A program made the position numbers and the translations under genes. The notes beneath the pieces were generated by a model. The model ran no database searches. It was not told the origin of the DNA and was given only the letters and a program-made list of their open reading frames with translations. From Nymphaea colorata (Eukaryota), in assembly GCF_008831285.2 (NCBI RefSeq), contig NC_045138.2:19654001-19718000 (forward strand): a stretch of DNA of 64,000 bases. Direction: 5' to 3'. Positions within the stretch are counted from its first letter, which is position 1; every line of letters starts with the position of its first letter. Below, piece after piece: positions 24,780 through 40,633 of this stretch.

Positions 24780-26570
24780 TCATGAGCTTGGATTATGTAG
24801 AACCTGTGCTCCTCTCCAAACATCTTGAGGAGCTAAAGTGACTGGCTTTAGAGTATTAGATGGGCCGGCGCAAACAAAAGCATATTTTCCATACCACTCA
24901 TGCTGAGATCCAGGGCTGTAAACATGAAACTCTTCAAACCCAATTCTTCCAACCACTACCGAATTCCTTCTTCCCTGTTCCCCACATAAACAAGCTAATA
25001 AACTTTAATAGAAGCGATAATAAATAATAATAACAGTTAGTGTCATATATATATATATATTGAATTATGCCTAAATCGCTTTTATGCATTTGTTATAAAT
25101 CCAGAAAAAAATAATAGAAAAAGTGAAAGCTGCGTAAGTTTCTACCTGCAGATAATCAGGAAGCAATGACCTCGGTGATAGAGGTGGGACCAAGCAAGGG
25201 CTCTTCGAGTTGAATAAAAGAAACCAATTGGACAATGTTCTCATTGTTTATAACTTTTAGTGTCTAAGTATACGTTTAACAGTGAATATATTGTAAATCC
25301 AGATTCGGGTATTAAAAAAACACTTCATTCGACTAAATGATGGAAAGAAATCTATGTTACTAGAAAGTTTGTGCTATGGCCACATACCAAGTCCTTGGTC
25401 CTGCGCGTTTGAACTTTAAACAAACAGATGCTCATGACAAATCTTCCTTTGTGATATCTTTTGATTCTTTTATAACTTTAAACAGTTCTTTCACCAACAA
25501 AACATTGTGTATATAAAGTATAAACCAAGGCAATTGCAAAACACTCTTAGTTAAATAATCACAAAAAACATGTCAAAATATTTTTTTTTCTGGAAAATTA
25601 GTGATTGCATCTTCCATTCGTTATTGCTAAACATATAAATCATCTCTGAGAAAGAAGCGATTACCCTGTCAATGATTGTGAACCTCCTTGGAGCATACGT
25701 ATAAGTTCGGCTCATTTTTTCTGTTAATTGCAGATAATTGTCAACTTCTTCCTCTTCCTTTTCACTATCATCATCATCTTTTGTCACTGGTTCATCATTA
25801 CCATCGGCTTCATTCCTTCTATTCCAACCAAAAAATAGGCCCCTCAGGGGATTTGAAGCACCTCTGCTTTTCTTTCTAAAATCAGGAGGAATGATGCTGA
25901 ACTCTGATCTCAGTGGAGGTTTATTAAAGTAATTTGCTCTCTCGAGCCCAACAGCATAGACTGCATCGGGAGTGCTAACAGTAAGATGGCTCATGAAAGA
26001 ACTCAGCAACTGAATGGGCGAAGGCCCAGAGTTAGCGACGATGATTTCTGAGCCCAAGATATCCTTCTCTAAAGTGATTAGGTATCTGACATTTACTAAT
26101 TTGTCCGTGCTGCTGCATCTCAATTCTACCTGCTCCCCAAGATTAACAACGATCAGCCAGTTCAACAGTCAGGGAAAGAACAAGACATTTCAATGTTGAA
26201 TTCTTTTATGAACAGAAGCAACAATTACCTCGACTGCTAAAAAACTTTACCTTAATCTCTCTATAATTTAATAGGGGAGGAAAGAAGAGAAATAGGCACA
26301 TTAGGCATAAGCAGGCTGGTTAAGATTGGTAGTCATTGGGATCTAGATTCGTCCCCGCCGCCCCCCAACACCCCAACACACACACACACACACATATGTA
26401 TAGAGCGAGAGAGAGAGAGAGAAACTAGATAGTTTTCTTTCTTTGAAATGGCCGCCACAAGTGCCCACTCAGGCCCTAATGTGGCTCCCCCACCACTACT
26501 ACTGTAACGCTCTGTCTCAGCATTCAAAGAGGAAAGAAATTGAAGAAAGTTACCATGTTCTGCTGCAGCC

Positions 26571-26612
<42 letters not shown>

Positions 26613-27423
26613 GCACGCACACATATGCATAAGTAGCCAATCCAAGAGAGAAAAAAACCTTGACCACTTTGTGCAAAGACCGAGCAATTAATCTTGTAGA
26701 CAATCTCTCTCTGTCAAAAGCAAACACCTAGCAGTCGTTCCCAGAAACAATCATACATGGTGTGGTCAATCAGGATATTGTGAAATCCCATCTTGCACTC
26801 TCAAAGAAAAACTGCAAGAAAACCCTCACACTTTGGCAGAGAGAAGCAACGAGATACAAGAAGAAGCACCATTCAGTTACCTGGATAGAACTATGAGCAT
26901 TGCCCTGAACATCATGGAGGAACCACCCACCAGGCGACCACTCATCGCCGTCATCACTCACACTCTTCAGACCCAGAGAAACCCCTCCCTGCACCACAAC
27001 CTCGCCTTCCTCTTCCTCCTCCGCTTCCTTCCCCTGCGACACCACCGTGTGGAGCACCTCCTCGCACCCGCCGTGCCACATATGAGGCTTGTAGGACGTG
27101 ATCAGCCCGCTCGGCAGCATGAGGTTCGCCGTGCTGCCGTCCTCGAGCCCTAACCTGACCACCACACTGTCGCCGATCCCCTGGAAGTTCACGCCATGGC
27201 CGCTGAACTCCCTGTCGTAGTACTCCACGTTGAGAGGGGGAAAGAAGGGCTGAGAGAGAGAGGACGCGGCTGCTGCCGCCGCCATATTAGGCCTCCTGAG
27301 AGCATGGTGGCTCAGAATATGAATAGATGGAGGAGGTGGGGAGGCGAATTTTGGGGTGGCTTTTGGAAATGGAGAGAGGGAGTTGAGGAGGATGTTGATG
27401 GCATGGGTGCTCGCAACGGCCAT
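24780..27423 (-). CDS. NDF5: NDH-dependent cyclic electron flow 5-like (PnsB2/NDF5 family), about 400 aa; exons 27423-26881, 26129-25665, 24974-24780
   Basis: Transit-peptide-like N-terminus. EFSGHGVNFQGIGDS, LMLPSGLITSYKPHMWHGG, MSHLTVSTPDAVYAVGL, YTYAPRRFTIIDR|GRRNSVVVGR and YSPGSQHEWYGKYAFVC. All GT-AG junctions are in frame. Confidence 0.88.
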
Positions 27424-28156
27424 GTGTTCCCGCTGCAGATGGCTGTGGGTGAACTGGTTCTGCCTTATCTCTCTCTCTCTTTATCTCTCTCTTAAAATCT
27501 AAGGTGTTCAGATATTTGCAGGAAACGGCCCCAGTGCAGAGGTAATTTAGGAATATTGAAACAGCATGCTCAATTTTTTTTCACTTCAAACTTGGTAGAC
27601 CAATTATGTAGTTCTTTTGCTTCATTCGATCACCCAGCAAAAAGAAAAATCTTTGGTGGAAAAAGTAATGATTTTTATTGAATAATATAAATGTGAAAAT
27701 ACCAATTTTCTGTGAAACCTATTATTGGATACGGTTTTGTCTTATGTTTATTTAGATAGCAATGTCATATTTTACTTGCTCTGATGTGATTCCTTTTTTT
27801 TTTTTGACAAATGTTTTCCTCTCGAACAAAACAATGAAGCTTTTTATATAAGAACATTTCTTCCAGTCAGGCTCTATATGGAAGAATATTTCTTTCTTTG
27901 TGAAAATGCGCAATGCACGCGCCACGCGTGCTCTCTCACACACATACACCCACATCAAGTTCATGTTCTATCAGTCAATAGGCATATTATTGATAACAAA
28001 CACAATATAAGACATAATTTATTGTGATTTTAGATCAAAGTACATACATACCCTAAGCAAGCATAAACCCTTGGAACTAGTTGTCCGGGGAAAGAACTAA
28101 TAAAGTACCAGAGATGAAACTGTACAACCGATAGATGCTTAATACATGGTAAGCAT

Positions 28157-30071
28157 TTATTTTGCAGAGGCCATGATCTGAACTGGAAACTTGCAGGTTC
28201 CATGAGAAACAAGATTCGTTGTTACCATCGAAAGGCCTTGAAAATCACAGCTGACAGCTCTCTGGTTCTGAGTCTGATATTACATATTGAAGGCATAAGA
28301 AGCTTTGTCTCCAGCATTGAGATTAGAACACACGCATAGTTCATGTTATCAGATAGCAGACTCAGATTCTTAGCATGTGGGCTTAGGACACACCATTTCC
28401 TGGGAAGGTACTTCACATTCTTTGCAGCAACCAGTGATCTTCTTTGCCCCTTACCTGATAAATCCACCGGAAACTTTGGTTTCCCGTCGTATGAAAAGAT
28501 TCCCCAGTGCCGCTCGAAGTTTCCGGCCGCTATACTCTTGGCATCTTCATCAATCAGACTGAACAAATAGGCCTCAATGTGGCCTGGTCTTAGTGGAGTC
28601 CCTTGGTTCTCTGCCAACTTCTTGAGAAGGCCTCTGTAAAACCTCTGTGCATAAGCAGGGCTGTCATACATATCCCTATCAGTAGGCCAACCCACCCCTC
28701 CCACTACAATTGGCAAATTCTGAAAGCCTACTGCCTTCAAAGCCGAAACCAGTGTATCCATCTTCATATCAAATCCGGTGTAGTCATTGTTGTCGATAAC
28801 AGAATCGACACTGTCAAAGAAGGCGAAGTCGACGGGGTAATTGGACAGCATATAGATATAGATGTTTACAGTAAAGGGTGCACCATTCTGACTGAGAAAC
28901 TGAACAATTTTCACCTGGAAAAAGAGGAATTCTCAATCAGTCTAACAACTACAGCATGGAGCCATTACAGATACCTGATGAAATAGTGTGTGCGGTTTTG
29001 CCTTGATAGCTCTGAAGAGAAAAAACCTATTGATCCTGTAACTTCCCTGCTGGTGAGTCTTAAAATTGAAGAATCAAGAATACAGGAAGCAATATCATAG
29101 CGAACCATGATCTCTGGATCTTAGCATTACCATGTGGTCATAAATGTCTTCTCGAAATCTTCCTTCAGATGGAAAAGTGGCATCGCATACATCTGAACTG
29201 AATGGAATGGTGGCCTTGATCTTGTCTCCAACGTGAGCTTCATTAATGCAGTTTGAATGTTTTTGAGGGCAAGGAAGGTGACGTCTAGGAATGAACCATC
29301 GTATGCTTGATTGAAAGGCTCGTTCCCTACTGCTACATATCTGCCACAGGGAGATCGAAATTATGAACCCAAAGAAAGTTCAGAGGAAGAATCATATATG
29401 CAGTCAAGAAGTTTTAAACGGTTGGCTGCAAGAAAATTACAGCATCTTTACACAAAGCCACATAATAAACAGAGAAACTAGAAGAGGATACTGAACTTGA
29501 CGCACCTCCTTGAATTTGCATCTGAACTGACACTTAAGAAATAAACAATACCAACTTTTTATGAAAGTATATAAATAGCAAAAGAATCTTACTTTCTAGG
29601 AAATCATGTTCAGAAAGACTTCATGCTAATTGGGACTTTTACTTTGTCAGGAAATCTTTGCTTATGAAAAAAATTATGAACCATAAGCAAAAGTATCAAT
29701 GATCTGCAAGCACAAGCAAAAGGGATGGACATGACTCACTTTATCTCAATGCCGCCCTTGAAAGTATAACCAACAAGATTATCATCCACCCACTTCTTTG
29801 CTTGATTATAGTCGCCGGCAACCGTTGCAAGAATGTTGTTAGGAACCGAGACGATGACCTGGATCCCTGTTCCGGCCAATGCCCTCATCACTGCCTCGAC
29901 GGCGTCAAACAATTTCACCTCAGTGATGCCATTGTCCTTCAATAATTGAACCACGGTCTCCGGAGGTAGGGGATGAGAAGCCGTTCTTCCCCAGTTCACT
30001 CCCAATGCGTCCACATAAATACCAACAAGCACTGACAGAGCTAGCAGCAGTGGAAGCCATTGACGTGTCAT
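28157..30071 (-). pseudogene. Disabled GH17+X8 glucan endo-1,3-beta-glucosidase (copy C); exons 30071-29740, 29340-29131, 28914-about 28157
   Basis: Same exon layout as the other two copies. Exon 2 is 210 nt against 211 in copy B (1-nt deletion near 29244). IVVGGVGWPTD replaces [11 protein letters not shown]. The X8 domain has a frameshifting deletion after YAC and a TAA at 28282-28280. Confidence 0.9.
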
Positions 30072-31641
30072 CTTTCCGGTACTAAACTTGACGGGAAACC
30101 AGATAGAATTTGATGTGAAACTACCTTGAAAGCCTGAGTTACTTATGGTACTGGCGAAGAACTAGATTGTCCTGGAAATTTAAAAATGACGAGCAGTTTA
30201 AGTCAACTAATAATTCCAGGGCCTCGTCAACCCTTTCACAAGAGAATTTAGGTGCTGTAAATTTTACAAGATCGTGATGAATATCGGACGTATTTGAGAA
30301 TATGACAGTGGCTGATGTACCATCCAAATGAGACTAATTAAAGCAAAAGGTGTGACAAGAGTCAGCAAGGGTACAAAGAAAAGATAATAATTATGACTAT
30401 TTTTTCCTTGTACTACTCTTAACATCTTCATAATAATGACCAGATGATATTATATTGGAAGTTTAGTTTTAGTGAGAGGACAAACGAAGGGTGTTAAGAT
30501 CAATGTGTGTGAAGTAAATGATAATTGGAACCAAAATTGCGGCAAATTGATTGGATTTGGTAGTGGATTCAATTTTAAGAGATTTTTTCGCTTCCCCAAG
30601 TTATAAAACTTCCAAACAAGGGCGTATCCAGTGTAAGCATGGTGTGGGCAATTGCCCACACAGGCTCTGGCCTCCTCATAGCTCTAACGCAAATGTGACA
30701 AATGAAAAGGTAATAGGGGTTAGGTTTTATTATCTTAAATTTCTTTGTCTTTTTCATTGTTGTCGTGCATTTAAGGCGTGGCCCTGCGTTATTTTGAGGA
30801 AATCTTCTTATCATCTTAGATTTGGTTTTGTTTTTAATATAAAAACGGGTGCTAAATTGATATGTGGCCCAAGTATATGCATTCTAATTGTAAAATGGCT
30901 CCACTTGAATAATGAGAGTATTTGAGTGTATATATATATATATATATAAAAGACCTTGAAGAGGCAAAATAATAAGGGTGGATAAGTGAATTATAGTTGG
31001 AGTTGGGTAACAATATCTAACCCAGATTTGAATCATTTGATTCCCAAATTGCATACAGGGCCTGAATAAGAGTAATAACTCGATCCAATTTTTCTTTACC
31101 AATGAATAAACCATTTCAGACTCATATAAGTAATGAGATCTCCGATCTATTCATATTCCTATGTAAGATTCAGATTGGTGTTATATGATAAGGAGATCAT
31201 TCGACTCCCTTATTGCCCTAATGGGTCAAGCATAGTAAGTCGGTTGGTGGGCATGTAAAAGTTTGATTGTCAGTTTGATTCTTGTAGAAATTGTTCTTAA
31301 TAGTGAATGTGAGGCACTAAACTTAGTTAATGAATGTATCAGATCTTAAAACAATCCCAAACTCTCGAAATATCCTCTCTTTATTTTTTATTTTTTCCCC
31401 CCTAAACCAACCGCGTATTAGGTTGACATACTCCCACATTAAATGACCCGAGATAATTCGGATCCAAATCCTCCCTCACGGTCCTTGCTCCTTGTTTCCC
31501 GGCCCTAGATCTAGAGCGTCGCCTTATTTTGATACTGGACCGAAGTAAATGATCCGTTAACGTGCGGGTCCAAGTCCACTCTCACGGTCCATGGTTTCCC
31601 TTCTCGATATCCTTAGATCTACACCGTCCATTTAGCGAGTT

Positions 31642-31649
31642 TAGGGTTT
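31642..31649 (+). promoter_or_regulatory. Telo-box upstream of the RPL37a start codon
   Basis: TAGGGTTT about 105 bp before the ATG. Telo-boxes are common in plant ribosomal protein genes. Confidence 0.6.
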
Positions 31650-31753
31650 CCCGACCTACAACAAGAGAGCGGGTGAACGGGTTCTGCATTCTTGGTCGTT
31701 CGCGGGGTGAAGGGGAGAGGAACGGAGGGAGACGAGTCCTACCCCACGAAAAA

Positions 31754-33738
<1,985 letters not shown>

Positions 33739-34555
33739 AATCCGAGCGGACTGATGTGGCGTAACGCACTTTTGCCTGCCTCTGGTGGAGTTCAATTTGC
33801 TATTCACAGACCCAGTGGGTTTTTGTTAGCCCTTTTAGTTATTTTTTCTTTTTTTTTTTTTAACAAGATTTGTTAAGATGGGAATGGCGGCGTGCCCGTA
33901 ATTTTGCCTGTAGACTGGGTGCATCCATTGGTTGAAAACTCTTTAAGCTAATGCTTACTCTTTTGGGTTTTGTCTTCTGCTCTTGTGTCTTGTCTATTTA
34001 AATGGGTCCTGTCGATGATGTCCTTTGACGGATCGCGTGGCCCTGGTTATGGACTAGTGCGTCTTGGTTACTCGATTTTGTGGCAAGTATAATAATGCTA
34101 TATTAGATGTTCTTAAATCATACTTTAAACTTTAAAGATGTTCTTGATGTAGTTATTTGTTTTTTGCGGTAATGCCATGTCCCAATGGAAATAATTTGGA
34201 TTTCTTAAGTAGAGCTGTGAAGATGTTCTTGATGTCGTGGGATTTTAAAACCTCAAGGTCACTGGCTGATCACAAGGAAAGCTTTATGTTCCAGCAGCTT
34301 TAGAGTCGAAGTCGTGTCTTCAGTTTCAATTGAATTGTGTTTTGGTTGTTTGAATAAAGAGGAATAAAGCGAAACCCTTTCAGTTTCAATTGAATTGTGT
34401 TTTGCCTGTCTGAACTGCAGTCACAAACAAGTGGTAACTCAAACCTTTCATTGTGTCCTCCTGATAGGAACTACAAAAATGCACGCCCAATCAGAGAAAC
34501 AGAAGCTGTAAAATTGGAAAAATGAAAAGAACAGTACTACTAATTATATTAGGCC

Positions 34556-36643
34556 TCAGAAACAAAACTGGAGAAACATTGTCATGAAAAGCACCATTGC
34601 AGCGGCCATGGACATGGATGGCGTCGTCATCCATGACCGGGAGGCTGTCATTTTCGAGATATCCATCTGGATCGGAAACACACAACCGTCCCGCGAAGCA
34701 TTCTGCGTTACCACCAGTGCGAGACCTTCAAAATTACAGGCACCTTCCTTCTGAGACTGAGTTTGATAATAGATGTTGAAGGCATATGAAGCGTTCCCTT
34801 GAACATCCAGGTTACCACATGAAGAGCCATAACCAAGGGGAGTGCAATCAGCATTCGTACAAGCATATTCGACATTCTTGCCCAGAGCAAAGGGGTTGTT
34901 AGCATTTGGATTAAGCACACACCATTTCTGAGGCAGGTACTCCACATTCTTGGCCGGCACTAACTGCTTGGCCGGGTCCTTGCCGGAAAGATCCATTGCG
35001 AATTTCGGCCGGCCATCATAAGCGAAAATTCCCCAGTGCCGCTCAAAGTTTCCTGGTTCCGTGCTCTTTGCGTCCTCGTCGAGCAGGCTGAACAGGTAGG
35101 CCTCAATCTGTCCCGGCCGTAGAGGAGTGCCTACGCCACCGGCCAACTTCATAAGCAGACCATCATAAAACCTTTTGGCATTGGCTACGTTGGCACTCTT
35201 GTGTCCATCAGTAGGCCAGCCGATTTCTCCGACGATTATGGGCAGATCCGGAACGCCGGCGTCCTTGAGAGCCGAAACCAAAGTATCAAAATTGGCATCA
35301 AACACATTAGTGTAATTAATCCCGGCCGCGCGATCAAAGAGTGTGCTACCATTGCCATCAAAAAATGCAAAGTCAGCAGGGAAGTATGGATCTTGGTACA
35401 AACTAATGAAGGGGTAGATGTTAATGGTGAATGGTGCACCGCTGCTGTTAAGAAACTGAGCGATTTCTACCTGTTGCAGTTCAGTTTGTATCAGAACTTG
35501 AAGAATCAGCATGGCATGGAGAGAATAACACGTTACAAAGAACAATATCCAACGCATATCTTTGTAGTCTGTCTTATAAAGAAGGCAAGGATAATCTCAT
35601 CAAATCATAGAGATTAATGTGGAAAACATTTCACACGATCTGATGAGATTATCCTTGCCCACTACTTCCAAGATTTTCGTTGGATCAGAGCATTGACTGG
35701 AATCAAAATTAAGGAGAGGTACTTCAGCAATCCAACTTCCAAACCAAGTTAGTCGATCGAAAATGAAAAAGCAAGGCAGCTGAAAATGCTTACAGTAACT
35801 TGGGGCAAACATATAGATGGCCCAGCATGAGAACATTTTTCTCAAGTTCTTAGAAGGCCTTTGAATCAGAAGGATGAACTAGGAAAGCTTTTCCAGTTTG
35901 CGAAGATTACCATGACACTGTGGATGTCTGGGCGAAATTTTCCGTCCGATGGGAATTGAGATCCATAGACAGCAGCATTGAAAGGCACGGTGGCCTTGAT
36001 CGTGCCTCCGAGACCGGCTTCGATCAGAGAGTTTTGGATGTTTTTAAGGGCCGGGAAAGTAACATTATCGAAAGTGTGGTTGTAAGCTGTGAGAAAGGGT
36101 TCATTGCCCACTGCCACGTATCTGCCACAAGAACCCCGAAGAGCCACAGCATGTTAGAAGCTTCAAGCTTGTGTTTGACGGTCTTTTCTTTTTCCTTTTC
36201 TCTTGTTATACTGGGGTTTGCTGAAGTACCATAAAAAGGAAGACTCCTTTTTAAAAGGGTGACGATAGTCATGCCATAAGAAAGTGAGAGAGAGCAACTC
36301 ACTTGATGTTAACTCCGCCATTGAAGAGGTAGCGTTTGACGTGCTGCTCCACCCACTGCTTGGCTGTGTCATAGTCTCCGGCGACGGTGGCGAGCATTCC
36401 GTTGGGGATCGCCACCATTACCTCGATGCCCGTCCCGGAGATCGCACTCAACGTTCCATGGTCGGAGTCGAAGAGCTTCACCTTCGTGATCCCGTTGTCC
36501 TGCAGCAGCTGCGCTACGGTCGTCGGAGGGAGGGGATGGGTTGCCTGAGTTCCCCAATTGACGCCCAATCCGTTGACGGACACGAACGCCATCGTCGAAG
36601 TAACTAACCAGAAATAGACAGCGGGAAACCGAAGGATTGCCAT
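34556..36643 (-). CDS. Glucan endo-1,3-beta-glucosidase 8-like (GH17 + X8 + hydrophobic GPI-type tail), copy B; exons 36643 (or 36688)-36303, 36121-35911, 35470-34556
   Basis: Signal peptide, [47 protein letters not shown]8 WCV...YAC...[11 protein letters not shown] and a hydrophobic C-terminus. Junctions are in frame. Confidence 0.93.
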
Positions 36644-37686
36644 TTGTCTCTTGGGGAAGGGAGGTAAGAAGCGTCGCCGGAAAACCATGTGGTAGCTGGT
36701 CGGCAAACTGCCGTCGACAGACAGGCTGCTAGTTTAATTGGTAAGAATGCTGCATGCCTTCTACGAGCACTCCTCTCGTTTGTCGCCGAAGAAAACTTCC
36801 TCACAACAAACGACCAATATCAGGAAACAATCTACGTATTGACTCAGAAAGTCGGCGAATGGAATCTCGCTCTCGTCGCCAGCTTATCTATCTGTCGCTT
36901 TAGAAATATGGTTTTATTGATTTAGAACGTGACAGCAAATAAGAATGCTCGATGAAATTCAACGGAATCAAACCCTCTCCTTGATCTCTCTGTCACACAC
37001 AAAGGAGAGGCTTGCATGAACAGATGATAAAACAAATGAGACCCGAGTCTGCCATCTTTTTCGTCACATCAAGCTTTGTAATTTACCTTTGACAACAACA
37101 AGTTTCATGTAAGTACAAGATTTATGGCCGACTTGGTAATCGTTGATCTTTCAAGTTTTATTTTTTTTATTAACTTACAATTTCTTTCTATATTGCATCA
37201 TTGTAACATTTCGAGGGATCAAAATCCTTTTTGTGACAACAATCAAACGGTAACTATTGTTTGTGCAACGAATTGTATCCTAGAAAATTATAGTGTTCTA
37301 ATTTGAAAACCAGCTTCATTTGTCGATATAGATGCAAATATGGATAACAAGTGCAACAAAAAGACATCGAGAAAGTTGTAGTCTGGTGGCTTCTCCGATT
37401 ATTTTTGAAATGGGCTTTGATATCCAAAAATTTAACAAGTCAATGATATATACATATCAGATAATTAGCTGTAAAGAAAGGCAAATATTCTTTAGGCAGA
37501 TGGGTGGTGAGGCTCCATCCAAGGTGGAGCTAGCCAAGGGGGCCATGACTCCACTTAAATTTTGAAAAAACAATAGTTAAATTTTGTAAAAAAAAAAAGT
37601 AAAATAAAATAGAGAAAATAAACCGACACTAATGCACTTTCACAAGATTTGCTTCATGTCAGTTACGAATGAGCAGTTCAAGTTTC

Positions 37687-37822
37687 TAGTGGCGGACTCA
37701 GAAATTATTAAGGTCGCAGAGCACTTAACTAAAAACTGATGAAGTTTCTATAGGTAAATGAAGTAAATTTTATGGGCTTGTATATATAATTACCTCAACA
37801 GCTACAACATACTCCGCCACTA
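37687..37822. mobile_element. Short hAT-type MITE (TAGTGGCGGA family)
   Basis: TIRs TAGTGGCGGA / TCCGCCACTA. TSD not preserved. Confidence 0.6.
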
Positions 37823-39278
37823 CTTGTTACCCTTTTGACCATTGTATTTGTAGCCACATCAATGACCCGTATGTATTTACACATACAGAGGGATACTGCT
37901 ACTTTATAGATCTCAGATTGCTTACCCTTTCTTCTTAAAGAATGATTACAGCTACATGTGTTCTAAGCATAAAACATTGGTGAAAAATGTGATTTTCCGT
38001 AGTAAGAAATGATGCAGTATGACTCGAGTTTCTCCTTTTTGGAATCTTTATAATGGAATTCTGTGACATACATCTTCTGTGGGCGCTCTACTTTTACATC
38101 TCAATAAATTCTTAAGGTATACACTGATAGTTTTAAATATGTGTATGAATATGACAGAGAGAGATCCACCTAAAACAAAAGTTGATTGCCTTAATACACC
38201 TTTTCCTAACAGCCTATTATGAGAGTTTTTATTTTTTTTTACCAAACTGTGCTTTGTTCTTCAGCGTTTTGGTTTAACTGCAGATGACATTTCTGATGAT
38301 TCTCAATGACTCTCCATAAGAAACTGCAAGAGGCTCCTTATATCATAGTTGTGGTAATTTGAATGTGATCGTTCAGCAGCCTTCCAGTTGGTTCATACGT
38401 AACATGCTTAACATGATAAATCTCACCAAATTAAGAAAGAAAGCAACTGAGTTTTCTAGCTAGTCAAGTGCTGCTTCGAACTTTTTCTCGTTGGTTCTTC
38501 ACAGTTCTGAACATGGAGCTTCAATTTATGCAAAAGGGAGGAAGTCCCAAGATAGGAAATTTGATAGCTTGGCCAAATTCCAAGAACATAGGTTATCATG
38601 CTAGCTCCTAAGACTCTGAGTTCATGTTTGAATGAGTGGTATTCTGCTGTAAAAGTAAAAGTTTAATTCGAATTAAAGTTTATGAAGCAAACATGAAAGA
38701 AATGTGCCGGGACTTTTTTACAGTTCTGAAATTTTAATACCAAGAATAAAGTTTCATCTAAACATGTGGAACTTTAAGTCTTCTGATCGTTACTTTTCAG
38801 CCTGTTGTACATCAGGATGGGAATCGAGGAAACTTCTATACACAAACAAACATGAAAAGGCATTTTGTATAATTGAGTGCCTAACCAATGTAGCAAAAGG
38901 CATTTTCATTCCTCTGTTGTTGGACTAAGTGACACTACAATTAGGATCACTTATGATGTCCTTAAGTTGCATCCATTAACAAATCCATTGTAATCTGCAC
39001 ACGATGATGCATTTGAGCTGCCACTAGTTTTGTCATGAGCACCTCTCAATTCTCATCGAGTTGAAAGAAATCCTCTGCAACTGCAAGAGGGTTAGCCAAC
39101 TCAAGCATCAAACTGGCCAACCTTTTATTGAATTCATCTCCGTCAATCTTATGGGCTGCAAATAAACACCCTTCGTGATGCAGTCTACTGTAATCTGGAA
39201 AAGATTAATTGCGTCCACCATGCAAAGGCCTCACTATACCATGCAAGTGGGTAACACAGATTATGGGATATGAGCCAC

Positions 39279-39457
39279 CAGAGGCGGAGGCAGATGCGGG
39301 CACTGTGTGGGCAATTGCCAGCACAGACCTACAAAAAATTACTTATTTTCATATTGATACTTTAGGGTAAGTTTTTTATTTAAATATTTGTGCCACTTAA
39401 AAATTTAAAATTTTATAACTAATGCCTTTTATCCAGAATTTTCTGGCTTCACTTCTG
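39279..39457. mobile_element. Degenerate MITE of the CAGTGGCGGA / GTGGGCAATTGCCCAC family
   Basis: Ends CAGAGGCGGAG ... CTTCACTTCTG. Internal TGTGTGGGCAATTGCC also occurs at about 13812, 17294, 30643, 49764 and 52608. Confidence 0.55.
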
Positions 39458-40566
39458 CGAACTATAATCCACAGCATTTGTCAGCCATTGGCGGCGTTTG
39501 ATTCATGTTATTCAAAGCTAAGTTACTTGCTCATTCAACAGTATGTTGGCAAGCTTACCATTTTAGATGTAAATTCGGGTTTTTGGATCATCTAAAATAT
39601 GTACGACATCATATTTCAAATTAGTACGTAGGATGCAATGTTGGACCATACGCAGTCCATTGCTCTTCTGCATGTGGATTCTGGCTGGATCCAGCCCCTA
39701 CCAAATTCAATATATACAATCAATTCTATGAAATCATATTTGGATTTGGATTTGGACCCTATTTTCTCAATCAGCTCATCCGTGGTACTTCACTTACTAA
39801 GAATTTTTTTTTTTTTTAAATGTAAGGACAAAACGGGAAAAAAGGAAAAGGTAGCCTTTTTTGCAGAAGACCAAACTACCGGTGATGAAATGAGATGGAA
39901 AACGGCCCTGAACTGTGGATTTTAATGCTTCGAATATCTTATCCACTTTGCTCTACAACTGGCTCATAAATGGATGAATATGTCTGGGAATAAGTTATCC
40001 AGACAGATTCCAATCACTTCAGCCGACTTCGATGGGTAATTATTTTGGTAGATCTGCTGCCCAAGTTTAACTGTTGTTTTTATTCAATGCAAATAAAGTT
40101 GGGCATCCAACCGGGCCAGCGTGATTTGATAAGGAGTTGGGGTCAAGTCAGACCACAGATCATGACTCGGGCTTCGGCCCAGCCCAACTACTTGTAACCT
40201 GGATCTGGGATCTGGGTCTGGCCGAATTAGAATAAAAAAAATTATTTTTATATAAATATAATTAAATATAACAACATATATAATTATATATATATATATA
40301 TATATACAAATAAAGTAATATTAAAAATAATATATTAGGTTAACCCGATTTAACCGAAAAACTTTATCAGGCCAAGCTCAATCCCAAGTTGGTATAAGAC
40401 TACATGCGGCATGCCCATCCTTATCTTTTAAGTACCTTTTAAGTACCATAGGTTCAAGTACTTGTTAAAACATGAAAAGGCTCTTTAATTGGACAACTAA
40501 AAAACATTATTTTTCTTGAAAGATAAAATTGCCTTTATCCTTAAGCAAAGCAAATAATTGCTCCTC

Positions 40567-40633
40567 GCTAAGAACCCGGAAGGCAGGGGGAATGGAGGGG
40601 CTTCGGGCCTTTTCGGGAAGCCTTGCTCACTCG
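40567..40633 (+). mobile_element. Truncated copy of a short retroposon-like family
   Basis: Similar to the reverse complement of about 52030-52112 (GAAGG-AGGGGGAATGG-GGG-CTTCGGGCCTT). Flanked by AAATAATTGCTC(C/T)TC direct repeats at 40552-40566 and 40634-40648. Confidence 0.6.
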
